From positions 640,001-704,000 of the forward strand of contig CAWDML010000001.1 in the NCBI GenBank assembly GCA_963803435.1: a DNA stretch of 64,000 nt, given 5' to 3'. Within the stretch, counting starts at the first letter, position 1; the number at the start of each line of letters is the position of its first letter. Positions 59,377-64,000 of the stretch are shown here, piece after piece. The stretch is from an uncultured delta proteobacterium. GTDB taxonomy: Bacteria > Myxococcota > Kuafuiibacteriia > Kuafuiibacteriales > Kuafuiibacteriaceae. The position numbers were made by a program, and so were the translations under genes. Under the pieces are notes generated by a model. That model did no database searches. It was not told where the DNA came from and saw only the letters and a program-made list of their open reading frames with translations.

Positions 59377-61184
59377 CAGACAAGCCGACCGACAACCGCA
59401 GCGTGCGTCGGGCGATCGGCCGGTCGATCGGGTTCCTCAACCCCATCGAGAAGCGCCGCTGGGCCGCCCTGATCCCGCTCGCCGTGGTGGCGGCGCTCTT
59501 CGAGGCCGCCGGCGCCGTCCTGATCTTCACCCTGATCGCGGTGATCGCCGATCCGACCGCGATCGACAGCTCCAAGGCCGCCGCCTTCTTCTACCGTGAG
59601 ATCGCGGGCGGCGACCGGCCTCGCTTCATCGCCATCTTCTCCGGGGCGGTCGCCCTGTTCTACGTGGCCAAGAACGGCGCGATCCTCCTCGAGACCTACG
59701 CTGCCAACCGGTGCGCCAGCCAATCGGTCGCCTCGCTCTCCACCAAGCTGCTCAAGGCCTATCTCTCGGCGCCCTACTCCTTCCACTTCCACCGGAACTC
59801 GGCGCACCTCATCCGCAACACCAACAGCGCCGTCGACACCGCCTACCGCGGCGTCCTGGTCTCGGCGGTGCACGCGAGCTGCGAGGTCATGCTGATCGTC
59901 GCGCTGCTGGCGGTCCTGGTCGCGACGGCGCCCTGGGTCACGCTCATCACCAGCGTGGTGATGGGCGTCCTGGTGCTGCTCCTGCTCAAGCTCACCCAGA
60001 AGACGTTCGGGCTCTGGGGCGGACGAACCCACGAGCTGTCGGGCGCGATCATGGCGAACCTCCAGCAGAGCCTGGCCGGCGTGAAGGAGGTGAAGATCCT
60101 GGGCCGCGAGCGGTTCTTCTACGAGTCGTACCGGGAGCAGCGAGCGGCCATGTCCCGCCTCCTCTGGCTGCGGGCGACGCTCGAGAACACGCCGCGCCTG
60201 GTGATCGAGACGGTGTTCGTCCTGGGCGTCGTCCTCGTGATCGTGGTGTTCGAGGCGCGGGGCTCCTCGGAGGACATCGTCCCGCTGCTCGGCCTGTTCG
60301 CCTACGCGGGCTTCCGGATCATGCCGTCCCTCCACCGCATCATCCAGTACATGAACGGCATGCGGTTCGGCGCCGCCTCGGTCGACGAGCTGCACGCGGA
60401 CTTCAACGACCTCGGCGACGCCGCCCTGCCGGAGGAGAGCGACGCGCTCCTGCCCTTCGGGGAGCGGATCCGCTTCGAGTCGGTCAGCTACTCCTATCCG
60501 CGCGCCGACCACCCGGCGATCACCGGGATCGACCTCGAGATCCAGAAGGGTGAGTCGGTCGGGATCGTGGGCGCCACCGGCGCGGGAAAGAGCACGCTGA
60601 TCGATCTGTTGCTGGGGTTGCTGGCGCCGGATCAGGGACGGATCACCGTCGACGGCTTCGACATCCAGGACGATCTGCGCGGCTGGCAGAACCAGATCGG
60701 CTACGTGCCGCAGATGATCTACCTCATCGACGACACGCTCAGACGGAACGTGGCGCTCGGCATCCCCGACGAGCGGATCGACGAGACGCGCGTCGCCCAC
60801 TCGGTGCAGATGGCCCAGCTCGAGGAGTTCGTGGAGGGCCTCTCGAAGCGCCTGGACACGCTGGTCGGCGAGCGCGGCGTACGGCTCTCCGGCGGCGAGC
60901 GGCAGCGGGTCGCGATCGCGCGCGCGCTCTATCGCGAGCCGAACGTCCTCATCTTCGACGAGGCCACCTCCTCGCTCGACAATCGGACCGAGCAGGAGAT
61001 GACGCGGGCGATCGAGAACCTCCGCGGGGACCGGACCTTGATCATCATCGCCCACCGGCTCACCACCGTACGCCGGTGCGATCGGCTGCTGTTCGTCGAC
61101 AAGGGCCGGATCATCGACTCGGGGAGCTTCGACGAGCTGGTGGCCAACAACGAGGAGTTCCGCCGGCTCAGCGCGACCTCTTGA
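59373..61184 (+). CDS. ABC exporter, fused permease/ATPase (PglK/HetA-like glycan flippase type)
   Basis: TM domain; GATGAGKST, YVPQ, LSGGERQR, IFDEATSSLD, IAHRL; GTGA overlap with the upstream gene. Confidence 0.9.
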   Translation: MTDKPTDNRSVRRAIGRSIGFLNPIEKRRWAALIPLAVVAALFEAAGAVLIFTLIAVIADPTAIDSSKAAAFFYREIAGGDRPRFIAIFSGAVALFYVAKNGAILLETYAANRCASQSVASLSTKLLKAYLSAPYSFHFHRNSAHLIRNTNSAVDTAYRGVLVSAVHASCEVMLIVALLAVLVATAPWVTLITSVVMGVLVLLLLKLTQKTFGLWGGRTHELSGAIMANLQQSLAGVKEVKILGRERFFYESYREQRAAMSRLLWLRATLENTPRLVIETVFVLGVVLVIVVFEARGSSEDIVPLLGLFAYAGFRIMPSLHRIIQYMNGMRFGAASVDELHADFNDLGDAALPEESDALLPFGERIRFESVSYSYPRADHPAITGIDLEIQKGESVGIVGATGAGKSTLIDLLLGLLAPDQGRITVDGFDIQDDLRGWQNQIGYVPQMIYLIDDTLRRNVALGIPDERIDETRVAHSVQMAQLEEFVEGLSKRLDTLVGERGVRLSGGERQRVAIARALYREPNVLIFDEATSSLDNRTEQEMTRAIENLRGDRTLIIIAHRLTTVRRCDRLLFVDKGRIIDSGSFDELVANNEEFRRLSATS

Positions 61185-62664
61185 GGCGGCGCTTCAGCCC
61201 ATCGATCGCGTCGGCGAGGGCCTCGTTGGGATCCTGCGTCGACGGATGCGGATAATAGTGGGCCTTCTCCTGGACGCGCTCGAGCGCGCCCAGCGCCATC
61301 TGCGCCAGGTCGGGCGCCCGGCCTACCATGTCGCTGATCGCGCGGATCGCCGCGATCGCGGTCTCCTGATCCCAGCACAGCTGCACCAGCCGCTGCACGT
61401 TCTTGGGCGTGGCGGGCGCCTTCTCGCCGGCGAGGTAGAGCGCCTTGTTGCGGGCCCGCCCGGCGCTCGGGCGCGCGGCGATGTCGATCATCAGCTCGGC
61501 CAGCGCCGGATCCGGCGGCTCCCTGCTGCGCCCGAAGGTCGCGTCCACCACGCGGTCGAAGGTGTTCGCCTCGCCCTGTCCCCACACGCCGACGTTCGCG
61601 AGGTACTTCCACACCACCGCCTTGCGCCGCGCCGGCGGGATGTTGTCCACCAGGTCCGCGCACGCGGTCTTCTTCCCGTAGACGATCGACTCCTGCTGCA
61701 GGCAGGCGGCCACCGCGAAGTCGAGGTTCGGCACGTCGCCCTCGCGATCCACGAGCTCCACCATCTCCTGCGCGCCGCGCGCCGGGGTCGACTCGTCCGC
61801 GATGAGCTGGAGCCAGGTGGCGACCGTCTCCATTCGCGAGAGACCGACGAAGGTCTGGGACACCGCGGTGAACGCGGCGATCGCCGACTCGTCGACGTCG
61901 GTGCGCATCGCGTGGAGGATCAGCCGCTGGGTCGGCGCGGAGTTGCGCGCCACCGGCTTGAGGGCCTCGGCGCAGCGGATGCGTAGAGCCGGCGTCGGAT
62001 CCCGGAGCATGCAGATCTCGACGGCGTTGCGGGCCGCCTGCTGATCGAAGACGTGGCCCTGGATGGCGTTGAGCGCCTGATGGCGCTCGTGATCGGGGTT
62101 GCGCACGTCGAGGAGGGTCCGGATCGCCTTGTCCTTCGACTCCACGCGCGGCACCTCGACGGGGCCCCACTCGAGCGGCAGCTGGGGATCGTCGATCACC
62201 GGCGGATCGGCGGAGAGCCGGGCCGCCTCCAGCCGGGGCGCCAGCACCTCGATCAACCGTCGGGCCGCCGCCGCCCCCGCCGCCGAGATCAGCGTCTGCA
62301 TCTCGGCGCGCTGCTTCCGCCCCAGCGGGTCGGAGGTGTGCGTGGTGTGGAAGCTGGGCAGGTCGGTGCGCTTGCCCTTGCCGAAGGTGAGGTAGACCGA
62401 GAACAGCTCCGCCTCCTCGATGAAGCGCCCGTTGATCAGGAGCGAGTAGTCACCGCTCTGGACGTCGGCGAAGCTCGCCTTCTCCAGGCGCATCGTCCCC
62501 GGCGCGCTCAGGACGCCGAGCACCTCCGCCTCGAGGAAGCGCTCGACCTCCTTGATCTCGATCGGCTCCCACGAGCGCGTGTCCACCTTGGTCGCGTACC
62601 TCACCAGGGGCGCGTCGCCGGGCGCGCCGATCGCGAGGAGCATCACCAACGACAGCGCGCTCAT
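61168..62664 (-). CDS. Secreted hypothetical protein with HEAT-like helical region (paralog B)
   Basis: ATG 62664 overlapping the upstream stop; signal peptide MSALSLVMLLAIGA; colinear similarity to 62661-64000. Confidence 0.7.
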   Translation of the reverse strand: MSALSLVMLLAIGAPGDAPLVRYATKVDTRSWEPIEIKEVERFLEAEVLGVLSAPGTMRLEKASFADVQSGDYSLLINGRFIEEAELFSVYLTFGKGKRTDLPSFHTTHTSDPLGRKQRAEMQTLISAAGAAAARRLIEVLAPRLEAARLSADPPVIDDPQLPLEWGPVEVPRVESKDKAIRTLLDVRNPDHERHQALNAIQGHVFDQQAARNAVEICMLRDPTPALRIRCAEALKPVARNSAPTQRLILHAMRTDVDESAIAAFTAVSQTFVGLSRMETVATWLQLIADESTPARGAQEMVELVDREGDVPNLDFAVAACLQQESIVYGKKTACADLVDNIPPARRKAVVWKYLANVGVWGQGEANTFDRVVDATFGRSREPPDPALAELMIDIAARPSAGRARNKALYLAGEKAPATPKNVQRLVQLCWDQETAIAAIRAISDMVGRAPDLAQMALGALERVQEKAHYYPHPSTQDPNEALADAIDGLKRRLKRSR

Positions 62665-64000
62665 CGTCCGAGCTCCTTGATCGTGTCCGAGATCTGCTGC
62701 TCGGAGAGCGTCTTCGGATAGGTGCCCATCGCCTTGAGCTCGCTCAGCTTCTCCACGATCGCGGGCCTGAGCGCCGGATCCGCCTTCCCGATCCGTTTGA
62801 GCCCCCAGAGCGCGTAGTTGGTGCCGCTGGTCTGGACAACCTCGAGCATCCGCTCCATCTGCTTCTTCGAGGGCGCCGCCCACTCGGAGAGGATCACCAT
62901 CGAGCTGTGCGAGAGCGTCCTCTGGTAGCGCTCCCACAGGATGTCGCCCAGCTCGGGCATCCAGCCGGGCGCCTTCTCCAGCACCTTCTTGACGGCGCTC
63001 TCCCAGGCCGTGCCGATGCTGCCTTCGCGCTCGCCGGCACCCTTCAAATAGTACGGGGAGTCGGGGTTGGTCTCCTTCAGGAAGCGCCACAGGATCGCGA
63101 CCCGGCGCTCGTGCGGCAGCGGGTCGAGCAGGTCGATGCAGCTCATCTGCGGGCGCTCGTAGGCACCCGGCTTGGACTTGAGACAGGCGCGGATCGCGAC
63201 GTCGAGGTTCGGGACGTCGCCGAGGCCAGAGAGGCCGGCCGGGATGGAGCCGTGGCCGGCGGACTCGAGGAAGGCCTGGATCGCCTCGGCCTTGGCGGCG
63301 CCGGTGAAGTAGAGCATCTGCTCGTCGGCCTCGCTCTTCACCCGATCGTCGTCGTCCTTGCGAAACGCCTGGATCACCACGCGGCGCGTGGGGTCGATCC
63401 TCCGCGACAGCGGCCTGAGCGCGATCAGGCAGCCCAGGCGCAGCTCCTTGTCGGGATGTTCGAGCACGCAGCGCTCCAGCACGTGGCGCGGCGTGGCCTC
63501 AAAGAGCGCGAGCGAGGTCAGCTCGCGCAAGGCAGCTTGCCGGAGATCCGACTTCTTCGAGTAGAGATCCTGGGCCGCCCGGCTGGCATCGACCTTCGGG
63601 ATCCGGACGGGGGCCCACTGCCACGGCGATCCCTCGTCGTCGCCGGGACGGTCCCCGGGGGGCTCGTTCCCGCGGGCACGGGCAGCCTGCTCGAGCGGAC
63701 GGCGCATCGTCTCGACCAGCCGCGCCGCCGCCTTGCGGGCCGAGGCCTCGATCTCCGCGAGCATCTTGGCGCGGGATTGCTTGGTGAGCGCGACCGTCTG
63801 CGAGGCGGTCAGACTGGGGAGATCGCTCTTCGCGCCCGGCCCGAGCTGGAGATAGACGGTATGCGTCTCGGCCTCGTCGAGGATGTGGCCGCGGATCTCC
63901 AGGTGATAGTCCGCCTGGCTCCCGCCTTTCTTGCTCTTCTCCAGCTGGATCAAACCTGGGCGTGAGAGCACCTCGAGCGCGGCGTGCTCGATCGTCTGGG
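62661..64000 (-). CDS. Hypothetical protein with HEAT-like helical region (paralog A; 5' end beyond window)
   Basis: Frame is open to the window edge; shares VLS.PG...LEK, DY.L.I.G...EAE...VYL..G.G...DLPS and GDVPNLD.A..ACL with the downstream gene. Confidence 0.7.
   Translation of the reverse strand, partial: QTIEHAALEVLSRPGLIQLEKSKKGGSQADYHLEIRGHILDEAETHTVYLQLGPGAKSDLPSLTASQTVALTKQSRAKMLAEIEASARKAAARLVETMRRPLEQAARARGNEPPGDRPGDDEGSPWQWAPVRIPKVDASRAAQDLYSKKSDLRQAALRELTSLALFEATPRHVLERCVLEHPDKELRLGCLIALRPLSRRIDPTRRVVIQAFRKDDDDRVKSEADEQMLYFTGAAKAEAIQAFLESAGHGSIPAGLSGLGDVPNLDVAIRACLKSKPGAYERPQMSCIDLLDPLPHERRVAILWRFLKETNPDSPYYLKGAGEREGSIGTAWESAVKKVLEKAPGWMPELGDILWERYQRTLSHSSMVILSEWAAPSKKQMERMLEVVQTSGTNYALWGLKRIGKADPALRPAIVEKLSELKAMGTYPKTLSEQQISDTIKELGR

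Overview
Very GC-rich, gene-dense bacterial DNA that looks like Myxococcota: a MYXO-CTERM-like tail, many lipoproteins, eukaryote-like Ser/Thr kinases and AgmX/TonB-C-like domains. About 48 CDS can be supported. They include a 5-gene operon built around a QhpD-like radical SAM/SPASM enzyme and a pentaheme cytochrome, a cohesin lipoprotein next to a dockerin-bearing M1 peptidase, tandem diheme lipoproteins, XPB-Bax1, mutA-mutB-meaB, and a radical SAM/metallophosphoesterase/flavoprotein/AhpD-like/DUF2064 cluster of the arsenic-associated type. The standout is the only large non-coding gap (about 39.95-41.5 kb). It holds an apparent ~1 kb minus-strand structured RNA gene with its own sigma70-like promoter, an intrinsic terminator, several GNRA-capped hairpins and a four-segment nested helix pairing its 5' and 3' ends. 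I do not recognise it as any known RNA class. A cluster of DnaA-box-like 9-mers lies just upstream. Seven frameshifts and two premature stops can all be repaired by restoring a GATC, which points to modification-induced basecalling errors rather than real pseudogenes. All calls come from reading motifs by eye; no database searches were run.
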